The notes under the pieces are model-generated. The model was not told the origin of the DNA. It did no database searches and saw only the letters and a program-made list of their open reading frames with translations. Below are positions 37,377 through 47,391 of a DNA stretch of 64,000 nt, in pieces (within the stretch, counting starts at the first letter, position 1; each line of letters starts with the position of its first letter). The DNA lies in assembly GCF_000026545.1 (NCBI RefSeq), contig NC_011601.1; one strand, written 5' to 3'. The translations under genes were made by a program, and so were the position numbers. The stretch comes from Escherichia coli O127:H6 str. E2348/69. GTDB lineage: Bacteria; Pseudomonadota; Gammaproteobacteria; Enterobacterales; Enterobacteriaceae.

Positions 37377-37895
37377 ATGGCATTACCGCGCAAGCTCAAA
37401 CTCATGAACCTGTTTATCGATGGGGTGAGTTATCTCGGCGTCGTGCAGTCCGTCACGCTGCCGAAATTAACCCGCAAGCTCGAGAACTATCGCGGCGGCG
37501 GGATGAATGGTTCGGCACCGGTCGACCTCGGCCTCGATGACGATGCGCTGTCGGCTGAAATCTCTCTCGGCGGCTTCCCCGATGACGCTATCTGGTCGTT
37601 ATACGCTGCCACCGGCGCGGCCTCCGTACCGCTACGTTTTGCCGGGTCTTACCAGCGTGATGACACCGGCGAGACCGTGCCGGTTGAGGTTGTTCTCCGT
37701 GGCCGTCAGAAAGAAATCGACCTCGGTGAAGCCAAACAGGGCGAAGACACCGAGTCGAAAATCGCTCTCGCGTGTACCTATTTCAAGCTGACGATGAATG
37801 GCTCGGAACTGGTGGAAATCGACACCGTGAACCTCATCGAAAAAGTGAACGGCACCGACATGCTCGAGGCGCACCGACAAAATATCGGCCTGTAA
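37377..37895 (+). CDS. Tail tube protein (P2 gpFII-like)
   Basis: 172-aa ORF MALPRKLKLMNLFIDGVSYLGVVQSVTLPKL... Confidence 0.9.
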   Translation: MALPRKLKLMNLFIDGVSYLGVVQSVTLPKLTRKLENYRGGGMNGSAPVDLGLDDDALSAEISLGGFPDDAIWSLYAATGAASVPLRFAGSYQRDDTGETVPVEVVLRGRQKEIDLGEAKQGEDTESKIALACTYFKLTMNGSELVEIDTVNLIEKVNGTDMLEAHRQNIGL

Positions 37896-37957
37896 TTTAT
37901 GCCCCGGTCAGCATGGCTGGCCGGGCATCCTGAAACCAGAATTTAACGAGAAATATC

Positions 37958-38230
37958 ATGGATAAAACTAACGAAAATATCGTCACTCTGATTAAACCCA
38001 TTAAGCGCGGTGAGCAGGTTATTACTGACGTCACCCTGTTAAAACCGTGTGCCGGAACCCTTCGCGGTGTCAGCCTGGCATCAGTCGCAAACTCTGACGT
38101 CGATGCGCTGATTAAAGTGCTGCCGCGCATGACCATGCCGTCGCTGACCGAGCAGGAAGCCGCCGCACTGGAGCTGCCCGACCTGCTGTCGTTTGCCGGT
38201 AAGGTGGTCGGTTTTTTGTCACCGAGTTAG
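37958..38230 (+). CDS. Tail assembly chaperone gpE
   Basis: 90-aa ORF between FII and T; contains the slippery heptamer T-TTT-TTG at 38212-38218. Confidence 0.8.
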   Translation: MDKTNENIVTLIKPIKRGEQVITDVTLLKPCAGTLRGVSLASVANSDVDALIKVLPRMTMPSLTEQEAAALELPDLLSFAGKVVGFLSPS

Positions 38231-38391
38231 GCGGCGTAATCTTCCCGCAAAAACTCACGGTCGATGACCTGATGGCTGACATAGCGGTAATTTTCCACTG
38301 GTCGCCATCAGACCTGTATCCCATGAGCCTGACCGAACTCGTCAACTGGCGCGAAAAAGCGCTACAGCGAAGCGGAAACACGAATGAGTAA
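37958..38391 (+). CDS. gpE+E' extended product via programmed -1 frameshift (predicted)
   Basis: -1 frame after TTTTTTG is open to TAA at 38389-38391, overlapping the start of the tape-measure gene. Confidence 0.5.
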
Positions 38392-40813
38392 TAACCTCAA
38401 ACTCGAAGTGCTGCTGAAAGCTGTCGACCAGGCGACCCGACCCTTTAAAGCGATCCAGACGGCGAGCAAATCGCTGTCTGGCGATATCCGCACGACTCAG
38501 CAATCCCTGCGTGATTTGAATGGTCAGGCATCGAAAATCGACGGTTTTCGCAAAACCAGCGCACAACTGGCGGTAACCGGACAGGCACTGGAAAAGGCAA
38601 AACAGGAAGCCGCCGAGCTGGCGGTGCAGTTTAAAAACACGGAACGGCCAACGGCGGCACAGGCCAGAGTGCTGGAATCAGCAAAGCGTTCGGCTGAAGG
38701 GTTACAGGCAAAATATAACAGCCTCACCCAATCGGTGAAGCGGCAACAGACCGAGCTCGGCAAAGCGGGGATTAATACGCGCAATCTGTCGAATGATGAA
38801 AGCCGCCTGAAAAACTCTATCAATGAAACTACCGCACAACTTAACCGCCAGCGTGAAGCACTGGCGCGGGTCAGCGCGCAACAGGCAAAACTCAGCGCAG
38901 TACAAAAACGCTATCAGGCAGGAAAGGCACTGGCTGGAAATGCGGCATCGATGGGCGCTGCCGGGATAGGCATGGCAACGACCGGAGCGCTTGCCGGTGT
39001 TGCACTGATGAAGCCCGGTTATGATTTTGCTCAGAAAAACTCTGAGTTACAGGCCGTTCTCGGTGTCGGTAAAGACTCAGCTGATATGGTGGCGCTCCGC
39101 AAACAGGCGCGCCAGCTCGGTGACAACACCGCCGCGTCGGCTGATGATGCTGCCGGTGCTCAGATTATTATTGCAAAGGCTGGCGGCGATGCTGCGGCTA
39201 TTCAGGCCGCTACCCCCGTAACACTCGATATGGCGCTCGCAAACCGTCGAACGATGGAAGAGAACGCCGGGTTATTGATGGGGATGCGCTCTGCCTTCCA
39301 GCTTTCAAACGATAAGGTCGCCCATATCGGTGATGTTCTGTCGATGACGATGAACAAAACCGCCGCCGACTTTGACGGCCTGAGTGATGCGCTGACTTAT
39401 GCCGCGCCGGTGGCGAAAAATGCCGGGGTCAGCATCGAAGAAACAGCCGCAATGGTCGGCGCACTGCATGACGCCAAAATTACGGGATCGATGGCGGGTA
39501 CGGGGAGCCGTGCCGTATTAAGTCGCCTGCAGGCTCCAACGGGCAAAGCGTATGACGCCATTAAAGAGCTCGGCGTCAAAACGGCTGATGGTAAGGGGAA
39601 CACACGTCCAATATTTACCATCCTGAAAGAAATGCAGCGGAGTTTTGATAAAAACAACCTCGGCACCGGCCAGCGTGCCGAATATATGAAAACCATTTTC
39701 GGTGAAGAGGCCAGCTCGTCGGCTGCGGTACTCATGACCGCTGCCTCGAGCGGGAAATTAGACCAGCTTACCGCTTCCCTTAAAGCATCGGATGGCAAAA
39801 CCGCTGAGCTGGTGAAGGTCATGCAGGATAACCTCGGCGGCGATTTTAAAGAGTTTCAGTCTGCGTATGAAGCGGTAGGAACCGACCTGTTTGACCAGCA
39901 AGAGTCATCATTAAGAAAGCTGGTACAAACGACGACAGGGTATGTATTGAGGCTCGATAGCTGGATCCAAAAGAACAAATCTCTTGCCACCACGCTGGGT
40001 GTCATTACGGCGGCAGCTGTCGGTATTGTGGGGATGATTGGTGCCATTGGCCTTGTATCGTGGCCGGTAATTACTGGCATTAACGCCATCATTTCGGCGG
40101 CTGGTGCGCTTGGTGCGGTCTTTACGACAATCAGTGGCGGGGTCATTGCGGCTATTGGTGCTATTACGTGGCCTGTCGTGGCGGTAGCGGCGGCTGTTGT
40201 CGCTGGCGCGCTGCTTATCCGTAAATACTGGGAGCCTGTCAGCGCATTCTTTGCCGGTGTGGTCGAGGGGCTCATGAGTGCCTTTGCGCCGGTCGGGGAA
40301 ATGTTCGCCCCGCTGGCACCCATTTTCGACGGTCTCGGCGAAAAACTTCGCGGCGTCTGGCAGTGGTTTAAAGACCTGATAGCGCCGGTGAAAGCGACTC
40401 AGGACACGCTCAACAGTTGTCGTGATGTTGGGGTTATGTTCGGTCAGACGCTGGCCGATGCACTGCTGATGCCGCTTAACGCCTTTAACAAGCTGCGAAG
40501 CGGGATTGACTGGGTGCTCGAAAAACTCGGCATTATCAACAAAGAATCCAGCTCACTTGACCAGACTGCGGCGAAAGCCAATGCAGCGACGCAGAACGGT
40601 TACAGCCCGGCAATCAGCGCATACAACAGCTATCAGCCGGTCACGGCACCCGCCGGTAAAACCTACATCGACCAGAGTCGGCCAATCTATCAAATCACCG
40701 TGCCGGGCAATGGTATGCCGGGAGATCGGTTGGGTAATGATTTGCAGGATGCATTAGAAAAGTATGAGCGCGAGAAGCGCGCCAAAGCCCGCGCAAGCAT
40801 GATGCATGACTAA
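38384..40813 (+). CDS. Tail tape measure protein (P2 gpT-like)
   Basis: 809-aa ORF with coiled-coil N-terminus and Gly/Ala-rich hydrophobic central region. Confidence 0.9.
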   Translation: MSNNLKLEVLLKAVDQATRPFKAIQTASKSLSGDIRTTQQSLRDLNGQASKIDGFRKTSAQLAVTGQALEKAKQEAAELAVQFKNTERPTAAQARVLESAKRSAEGLQAKYNSLTQSVKRQQTELGKAGINTRNLSNDESRLKNSINETTAQLNRQREALARVSAQQAKLSAVQKRYQAGKALAGNAASMGAAGIGMATTGALAGVALMKPGYDFAQKNSELQAVLGVGKDSADMVALRKQARQLGDNTAASADDAAGAQIIIAKAGGDAAAIQAATPVTLDMALANRRTMEENAGLLMGMRSAFQLSNDKVAHIGDVLSMTMNKTAADFDGLSDALTYAAPVAKNAGVSIEETAAMVGALHDAKITGSMAGTGSRAVLSRLQAPTGKAYDAIKELGVKTADGKGNTRPIFTILKEMQRSFDKNNLGTGQRAEYMKTIFGEEASSSAAVLMTAASSGKLDQLTASLKASDGKTAELVKVMQDNLGGDFKEFQSAYEAVGTDLFDQQESSLRKLVQTTTGYVLRLDSWIQKNKSLATTLGVITAAAVGIVGMIGAIGLVSWPVITGINAIISAAGALGAVFTTISGGVIAAIGAITWPVVAVAAAVVAGALLIRKYWEPVSAFFAGVVEGLMSAFAPVGEMFAPLAPIFDGLGEKLRGVWQWFKDLIAPVKATQDTLNSCRDVGVMFGQTLADALLMPLNAFNKLRSGIDWVLEKLGIINKESSSLDQTAAKANAATQNGYSPAISAYNSYQPVTAPAGKTYIDQSRPIYQITVPGNGMPGDRLGNDLQDALEKYEREKRAKARASMMHD

Positions 40814-40824
40814 GGAGACTGATT

Positions 40825-41289
40825 ATGATGCTGGCATTAGGTATGTTTGTTTTTATGCGTCAGACGCTGCCCTACCAGAGCATGCAGCGCAGCGCGGATT
40901 ATAGCTGGGCGTCAAACTCTCGCATCGGGAAGCGTGACGCTTTTCAGTATCTCGGCGAGGGGGAAGATAAAATCACCCTGAGCGGTGACCTGTATCCTGA
41001 GCTGACCGGCGGTAAGCTCACGATGCTGGCGCTTTATGCAATGGCTGAACAGGGGCGCGCATGGCCGCTTATCTCTGGCTCAGGCTGGATTTACGGGATG
41101 TTTGTTGTCAGTAATGTCTCGGAGACCGGCACGGTATTTTTTGAGGATGGGACGCCACGAAAAATCAGCTTCACCCTGTCACTGACCCGTGTCGATGAGT
41201 CGCTCGCCGCGGTGTATGGCGATATTGGAAAACAGGCCGAAAGTCTGGTCGGGAAAGCTGGCGATCTGCTGTCGATGGTGGGGGCGTAA
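40825..41289 (+). CDS. Tail protein gpU-like
   Basis: 154-aa ORF MMLALGMFVFMRQTLPYQSMQRSADYSWAS... following T. Confidence 0.85.
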   Translation: MMLALGMFVFMRQTLPYQSMQRSADYSWASNSRIGKRDAFQYLGEGEDKITLSGDLYPELTGGKLTMLALYAMAEQGRAWPLISGSGWIYGMFVVSNVSETGTVFFEDGTPRKISFTLSLTRVDESLAAVYGDIGKQAESLVGKAGDLLSMVGA

Positions 41290-41291
41290 TC

Positions 41292-42464
41292 ATGCTGGAT
41301 ATTATCACCGGCGCGGGTGCCACGCTGACGCCCGACTTTATGCTGACACTGGAAAGCAAAGATATCACCGGCAATATCAGTGACCGGCTGATTAACCTCT
41401 CGATGACGGACAATCGGGGTTTTGAGGCCGACCAGCTCTACATCGAGCTCGACGATACTGACGGTCTGGTCGCATTGCCGATTCGCGGTGCGGTGCTGTC
41501 GCTGTATCTCGGGTGGAAAGGTTTCTCTCTGGTCAGCAAGGGGCGATTTACCGTCGATGAGGTAGAGCACCGGGGGGCGCCGGATACGGTAACCATTCGC
41601 GCCCGGGGTGCGGATTTTCGCGGGACGCTTAATTCCCGTCGTGAGGAGTCATGGCATGACACCACGCTCGGCGCAATCGTCAGCTCGATAGCTGAGCGGA
41701 ACAAGTTAACGGCCAGCGTCACTGATTCTCTTGCGGGGATCCAGATTCCGCATATCGACCAGTCTCAGGAATCCGACGCCGTTTTCCTGACTCGCCTCGC
41801 AGAACGCAACGGCGGTGCGGTCTCAGTGAAAGCGGGTAGATTGCTGATGCTCAAAGCGGGAAGCGGTACCACTGCCAGTGGAAAAGCTATTCCTCAAATT
41901 ACCATCCAGCGCGGTGACGGTGACCGGCATCAGTTTGCCATTGCCGACCGTGGCGCTTACACCGGCGTAACCGCTAAGTGGCTGCACACTAAAGACCCGA
42001 AACCGGCGAAACAAAAGCAGACAGTGAAGCTGAAACGTAAGCCCAAAGAGCAACACCTCCGGGCGCTACAGCACCCGAAAGCAAAACCAGTGAGCAGTAA
42101 AGTCACGGCCAAAAAGCAAAAAGAGCAGGAAGCCCGCGAGGGTGAATACATGGCCGGTGAGGCTGACAACGTTTTCGCGCTGACGACCATTTACGCGACA
42201 AAGGCGCAAGCGATGCGTGCAGCTCAGGCGAAGTGGGATAAATTGCAGCGTGGGGTTGCGGAGTTCTCCATTATGTTAGCGACCGGCCGCGAGGATATTT
42301 ACCCCGAAACGCCGGTCAGGGTCTCAGGCTTTAAGAGCGTTATAGACGAGCAAGCATGGATAATCAGCAGGGTGACCCATAATCTCGGTGGGAATGGCTT
42401 CACAACGGCTGTAGAGCTTGAGGTGATGCTTTCGGATGTAGAATATGACACCGACGAATCTTGA
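41292..42464 (+). CDS. Tail protein gpD-like (late control gene D)
   Basis: 390-aa ORF following U. Confidence 0.85.
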   Translation: MLDIITGAGATLTPDFMLTLESKDITGNISDRLINLSMTDNRGFEADQLYIELDDTDGLVALPIRGAVLSLYLGWKGFSLVSKGRFTVDEVEHRGAPDTVTIRARGADFRGTLNSRREESWHDTTLGAIVSSIAERNKLTASVTDSLAGIQIPHIDQSQESDAVFLTRLAERNGGAVSVKAGRLLMLKAGSGTTASGKAIPQITIQRGDGDRHQFAIADRGAYTGVTAKWLHTKDPKPAKQKQTVKLKRKPKEQHLRALQHPKAKPVSSKVTAKKQKEQEAREGEYMAGEADNVFALTTIYATKAQAMRAAQAKWDKLQRGVAEFSIMLATGREDIYPETPVRVSGFKSVIDEQAWIISRVTHNLGGNGFTTAVELEVMLSDVEYDTDES

Positions 42465-42540
42465 TTATACAAACAAAACTTGCAAATGTAAGATTCAAGT
42501 TTATTATCCCCCTCAAGTCAGCAAGGAGAGGGAAGAAATT

Positions 42541-42759
42541 ATGATGCACTGTCCGCTATGTCAGGATGCAGCACACGCACGATCAAGCCGGTACCTGAGC
42601 ACTGAAACGAAAGAGCGCTACCACCAGTGCCAGAACATCAACTGCGGTTGCACTTTCGTCACCCACGAGAGCCTTGCTCGTTTTATCGTGAAGCCAGGAG
42701 AAATTGAACCCGCCCCACCCCACCCGTCTAAATACCAACAACATCAGCTCTGGCTTTAA
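42541..42759 (+). CDS. ogr: Late-gene transcription activator Ogr (zinc finger)
   Basis: MMHCPLCQDAAHARSSRYLSTETKERYHQCQNINCGCTF... with a Cys4 arrangement; ATG at 42541 preceded by aaggagag. Confidence 0.9.
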   Translation: MMHCPLCQDAAHARSSRYLSTETKERYHQCQNINCGCTFVTHESLARFIVKPGEIEPAPPHPSKYQQHQLWL

Positions 42760-42796
42760 ATCAAAGGCCTGCTTTGCAGGCCTTCTTGTATCAAAC

Positions 42797-43519
42797 TTAG
42801 ATTGGTAATGAAAAAGCTATCGCCTTGCAGATATGTTGCTTTGTTAACGCAGGATGTGTTGAAGCAAAAAGCGATAAAAAGCTTTTAGCTTCAACCGAAT
42901 CATCATTAAGCGAAATATTATCTTTGATGAATGGATGAAGTGCGATTCCAGCGCTCATAGATAACGGCACATAGTTGATGAATATATCTTCTTTTGTGAG
43001 ACCTAGCTGGTTTGCTTGTGCTTCAAATGAATTAGCATCTAAATAATCACGTATACGTTCTTTGGCCTCTGGTCGGAGTCTCGATTCTTGACGCGGCAGA
43101 GAAAGCATCTTATCAATATCTCCCCATGAGATAGGAACCTCAAAATAGCCACCACCTTCTTCCTCTAGAGGTGCCGGGAAATTCACATAAAAATAGTTTT
43201 TTTGCTGTGTAGGGTCGTTCATGGACTGACGATGATAGTTATAAATACTTCTAATACGGTTGGCCTTGTTATGATGCCGAGCATTTCGAATAACAAGCAT
43301 CATTAATAATTCAGGTTTCAAATACCAGTCAGGCTCTAATCCATTGCTTTGCATGTTGTCATACAAATTATGAAAAGCATTAAGTTGTGTATTCAGGCCC
43401 GATTCTAAATTGCCAATTGCTTCAGCACGATCAATAGCCAACAAACGCTGTAGTGACCAGTTAGACTCTAATAAAACCCGAAAGGCCTGTGCAAGATCTT
43501 CAAAAGAGTGGGAAAGCAT
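42797..43519 (-). CDS. Hypothetical soluble protein (240 aa), phage cargo; possible HEPN-like Rx4H motif
   Basis: AT-rich ORF with AAGGA RBS between ogr and attR; contains ...LVIRNARHHNKANR... (R-x4-H pattern). Confidence 0.6.
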   Translation of the reverse strand: MLSHSFEDLAQAFRVLLESNWSLQRLLAIDRAEAIGNLESGLNTQLNAFHNLYDNMQSNGLEPDWYLKPELLMMLVIRNARHHNKANRIRSIYNYHRQSMNDPTQQKNYFYVNFPAPLEEEGGGYFEVPISWGDIDKMLSLPRQESRLRPEAKERIRDYLDANSFEAQANQLGLTKEDIFINYVPLSMSAGIALHPFIKDNISLNDDSVEAKSFLSLFASTHPALTKQHICKAIAFSLPI

Positions 43520-43629
43520 CCTTTACGTCCTTATACGCACATTCATGAGATTTCAGTGTAAACCAAAAGTACTAAACTAACAGTATCAGGTAGATGATGG
43601 ATAGATGGGCTGGCAAGTATTCTATCTGC

Positions 43630-43650
43630 GTGGACACTCTATGGACACTC
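43630..43650. promoter_or_regulatory. Candidate integrase arm-type sites (two direct copies of TGGACACTC)
   Basis: gtggacactctatggacactc; same motif as 32296-32305 at the other prophage end. Confidence 0.4.
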
Positions 43651-43686
43651 AAAATAAAAAAGGGGTTAGCTCTACGCTAACCCCTT
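43651..43686 (-). terminator. Rho-independent terminator now serving rplS (prophage-encoded)
   Basis: aggggttagctctacgctaacccct hairpin with T-run on the transcribed strand, about 40 bp downstream of the rplS stop, on the prophage side of attR. Confidence 0.7.
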
Positions 43687-43724
43687 GTTTTATAACACGC
43701 TTTGGATGTGGCGTGAACGCGTTA

Positions 43725-44075
<351 letters not shown>

Positions 44076-44113
44076 TTAATCTCTTATCCTGGGTAAACTG
44101 ATATCTCGGGGGC

Positions 44114-44881
44114 TTACGCCATCCCATCATGTTTATGTTGCTGTTGTGCGTGTTCCGTTTTGAACTCCGCCAGCAACCTTGCTTGCTCTTCAGTCAGAGC
44201 CAGGTTTTCCAGAAGTTCAGGTCTTCTAAGCCAGGTACGGCCCAGCGACTGTTTCAAACGCCAGCGACGTATCTCGGCATGGTTGCCCGACAGTAACACT
44301 GGCGGAACTTCCATCCCTTCTAACACCTCAGGCCGCGTATAGTGCGGGCAATCCAGCAATCCTTCAGCAAAGGAATCTTCCGTTGCCGAGGCTTCATGTC
44401 CCAGTACTCCCGGAATAAACCGGGAAACGGAGTCAATCAGCGTCATTGCTGGTAACTCACCACCACTGAGAACGTAATCGCCGATTGACCATTCTTCGTC
44501 AATTTCGGTTTGGATCACGCGCTCATCTATACCTTCGTAGCGACCGCACACCAGAATCAATTTTTGATTCGTTGCCAGCTCGCTGACGCCCGCTTGATCA
44601 AGCTTGCGTCCCTGTGGTGACAGATAAATCACCTTTGCGCCTTCACCCGCCGCGGCTTTTGCTGCATGAATGGCGTCCCGCAAGGGTTGCACCATCATTA
44701 ACATCCCCGGTCCGCCGCCGTAAGGACGATCGTCCACGGTACGGTGCCGGTCATACGTGAAGTCGCGAGGACTCCAGCTCTGGATGCTCAGCAGGCCATT
44801 TTTAACTGCCCGGCCAGTTACCCCGTAATCGGTAATTGCGCGGAACATTTCAGGAAACAGGCTAATTATGCCAATCCACAT
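44114..44881 (-). CDS. trmD: tRNA (guanine37-N1)-methyltransferase
   Basis: 255-aa [34 protein letters not shown]... Confidence 0.97.
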   Translation of the reverse strand: MWIGIISLFPEMFRAITDYGVTGRAVKNGLLSIQSWSPRDFTYDRHRTVDDRPYGGGPGMLMMVQPLRDAIHAAKAAAGEGAKVIYLSPQGRKLDQAGVSELATNQKLILVCGRYEGIDERVIQTEIDEEWSIGDYVLSGGELPAMTLIDSVSRFIPGVLGHEASATEDSFAEGLLDCPHYTRPEVLEGMEVPPVLLSGNHAEIRRWRLKQSLGRTWLRRPELLENLALTEEQARLLAEFKTEHAQQQHKHDGMA

Positions 44882-44911
44882 AGCGCCGTCTTTTACCGTT
44901 TATCCGGTGGT

Positions 44912-45460
44912 TTAAAAACCAGGATCCCAATCTACTTCGATTGAACGAGTAGTGAGATCGACTTTCTTGATAACCTGCCCATCGAGGAACGGTACGAGAC
45001 GTTCCTTGATACCAAACGCATCTTTCAGGTTTGCCTTAATGACGAGAACGTCATTAGATCCGGTTTCCATCATATCTACGACTTTACCGAGATCGTAGCC
45101 TTCAGTGGTTACTACCTGGCAGCCCATCAGGTCTTTCCAGTAGTAGTCCCCCTCTTCAAGCTGAGGCAACTGCGATGAATCCACGACAATTTCACAATTC
45201 GTCAGCAGGTTCGCCGCATCACGATCGTCAACGCCTTTCAGCTTGATGATCATGTCCTGATTGTGGTGCTTCCAGCTTTCCAGCTGGACTTGCTGCCACT
45301 GACCCGCCTTCTGGATAAACCAGGGCTGATAGTCAAAAATGCTTTCGGCGTCTTCGGTGGAAGAAAACACTCTGAGCCACCCACGAATACCGTAAGACGA
45401 ACCCATTTTTCCCAAAACGATGGGATCAACAGGTGCTTGCGCGGTGAGTTGTTTGCTCAT
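44912..45460 (-). CDS. rimM: 16S rRNA processing protein RimM
   Basis: ORF 44912..45469; likely start at [19 protein letters not shown]. Confidence 0.93.
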
Positions 45461-45478
45461 CATGACCACCGTGACAGA

Positions 45479-45805
<327 letters not shown>

Positions 45806-45863
45806 TTACTGATTTCTGGAGAAAATGCAATCAGCAGTTAATAACTCTATCGCATAAGGTCAT

Positions 45864-47225
45864 TTAGCGACCAGGAAATCCCGGCGGCATCATCCCTTTC
45901 ATGCTTCTCATCATCTTCGCCATCCCGCCCTTTTTCATTTTCTTCATCATGCGCTGCATGTCGTCGAACTGTTTCAGAAGACGGTTAACGTCCTGCACCT
46001 GCATACCGCAACCGGCAGCGATACGGCGTTTACGCGAACCTTTGATGATTTCTGGCTTAGCGCGCTCTTTCATCGTCATCGAGTTGATGATGGCTTCCAT
46101 ACGCACCAGCACTTTATCGTCCATCTGCGACTTGACGTTATCCGGGATCTGCCCCATGCCCGGCAGTTTGCCCATCAGGCTGGCCATGCCGCCCATATTT
46201 TTCATCTGGCGCAGCTGCTCAAGAAAGTCGTTGAGATCGAAGCCGTCGCCTTTTTTCAGCTTGCTGGCTAATTTCTCTGCCTGCGCGCGGTCAACCTTGC
46301 TTTCGATATCTTCGATCAGTGACAGTACGTCGCCCATGCCGAGAATACGGGAGGCAATACGGTCCGGATGGAATGGCTCCAGCGCCTCGGTTTTCTCGCC
46401 AACACCGAGGAACTTGATCGGTTTGCCAGTGATGTGACGAATAGAGAGCGCCGCACCGCCGCGGGCATCGCCGTCCACTTTGGTCAACACTACACCGGTA
46501 AGCGGTAACGCTTCATTGAATGCTTTTGCCGTATTGGCCGCATCCTGACCGGTCATGGCATCGACCACAAACAGGGTTTCAACCGGATTAATCGACGCAT
46601 GGACTTGTTTGATCTCGTCCATCATCGCTTCGTCAACGTGCAGACGACCGGCAGTATCCACCAGCAGCACGTCGTAGAATTTCAGTTTGGCTTCTTTCAG
46701 CGCCGCGTTAACGATATCTACCGGCTTCTGACCAACATCAGAAGGGAAGAAATCAACGCCCACCTGCTCTGCCAGCGTCTCAAGCTGTTTGATTGCCGCC
46801 GGGCGATAGACGTCGGCAGAAACCACCAGTACTTTCTTCTTGTGCTTCTCGCGCAGGAACTTACCGAGTTTACCAACGCTGGTTGTTTTACCGGCACCTT
46901 GCAGGCCCGCCATCAGCACGACCGCAGGCGGTTGCGCAGCCAGGTTCAGGGTCTGGTTCTCTTCGCCCATCGCCGCAACCAGTTCGTTACGGACAATTTT
47001 GACGAACTCCTGCCCCGGCGTCAGGCTCTTATTAACTTCATGACCAACCGCTTTCTCTTTTACGCGATTGATAAACTCACGCACTACCGGCAGAGCGACG
47101 TCCGCCTCCAGCAGCGCCATGCGCACTTCGCGCAGCGTATCTTTTACGTTGTCTTCAGTGAGGCGTCCACGGCCACTGATATTGCGCAGCGTGCGCGACA
47201 AACGATCGGTTAAATTATCAAACAT
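45864..47225 (-). CDS. ffh: Signal recognition particle protein Ffh
   Basis: 453-aa ORF with GTPase motifs (GLQGAGKTT) and Met-rich C-terminal M domain. Confidence 0.97.
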   Translation of the reverse strand: MFDNLTDRLSRTLRNISGRGRLTEDNVKDTLREVRMALLEADVALPVVREFINRVKEKAVGHEVNKSLTPGQEFVKIVRNELVAAMGEENQTLNLAAQPPAVVLMAGLQGAGKTTSVGKLGKFLREKHKKKVLVVSADVYRPAAIKQLETLAEQVGVDFFPSDVGQKPVDIVNAALKEAKLKFYDVLLVDTAGRLHVDEAMMDEIKQVHASINPVETLFVVDAMTGQDAANTAKAFNEALPLTGVVLTKVDGDARGGAALSIRHITGKPIKFLGVGEKTEALEPFHPDRIASRILGMGDVLSLIEDIESKVDRAQAEKLASKLKKGDGFDLNDFLEQLRQMKNMGGMASLMGKLPGMGQIPDNVKSQMDDKVLVRMEAIINSMTMKERAKPEIIKGSRKRRIAAGCGMQVQDVNRLLKQFDDMQRMMKKMKKGGMAKMMRSMKGMMPPGFPGR

Positions 47226-47391
47226 TGTCTCTCGCCTGGGGTGGAAACGGTTGGCCGCAATCGCGACACATCATCAGTATTTTGCCGCAGTATAACATGA
47301 AGGCGTCTTTGTTGTTATGCAACGGTTGGAGCAGCGTTCACCTGACGCTATACTGCTTCTCTTTCTTATTGCTCAAACTGTCGACATTACT

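Larger units (their letters stand above)
32211..43724. mobile_element. P2-like prophage remnant (about 11.5 kb) integrated at the 3' end of rplS
   Basis: Flanked by a 14-bp direct repeat; contains an integrase fragment, invertible tail-fibre segment and invertase, tail genes FI, FII, E/E', T, U, D, ogr, and two AT-rich cargo ORFs; lacks head, baseplate, replication and immunity genes. Confidence 0.8.

Noticed and set aside
42445-42540. Upstream extension of ogr (ORF 42445..42759)
   Set aside because: The extension lacks an RBS and overlaps the end of gene D; the ATG at 42541 with aaggagag upstream gives a protein of the expected Ogr size.
32211-43724. Retron or other reverse-transcriptase system in the P2-like remnant
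   Set aside because: Retrons are known cargo of P2-like prophages, but no ORF in the remnant has reverse-transcriptase motifs and no msr/msd-like structure was evident.
46599-47213. 204-aa plus-strand ORF opposite ffh, and similar antisense ORFs opposite grpE (49512..50264) and yfiF (3550..4152)
   Set aside because: Shadow ORFs of well-supported genes on the other strand; biased composition typical of antisense frames.
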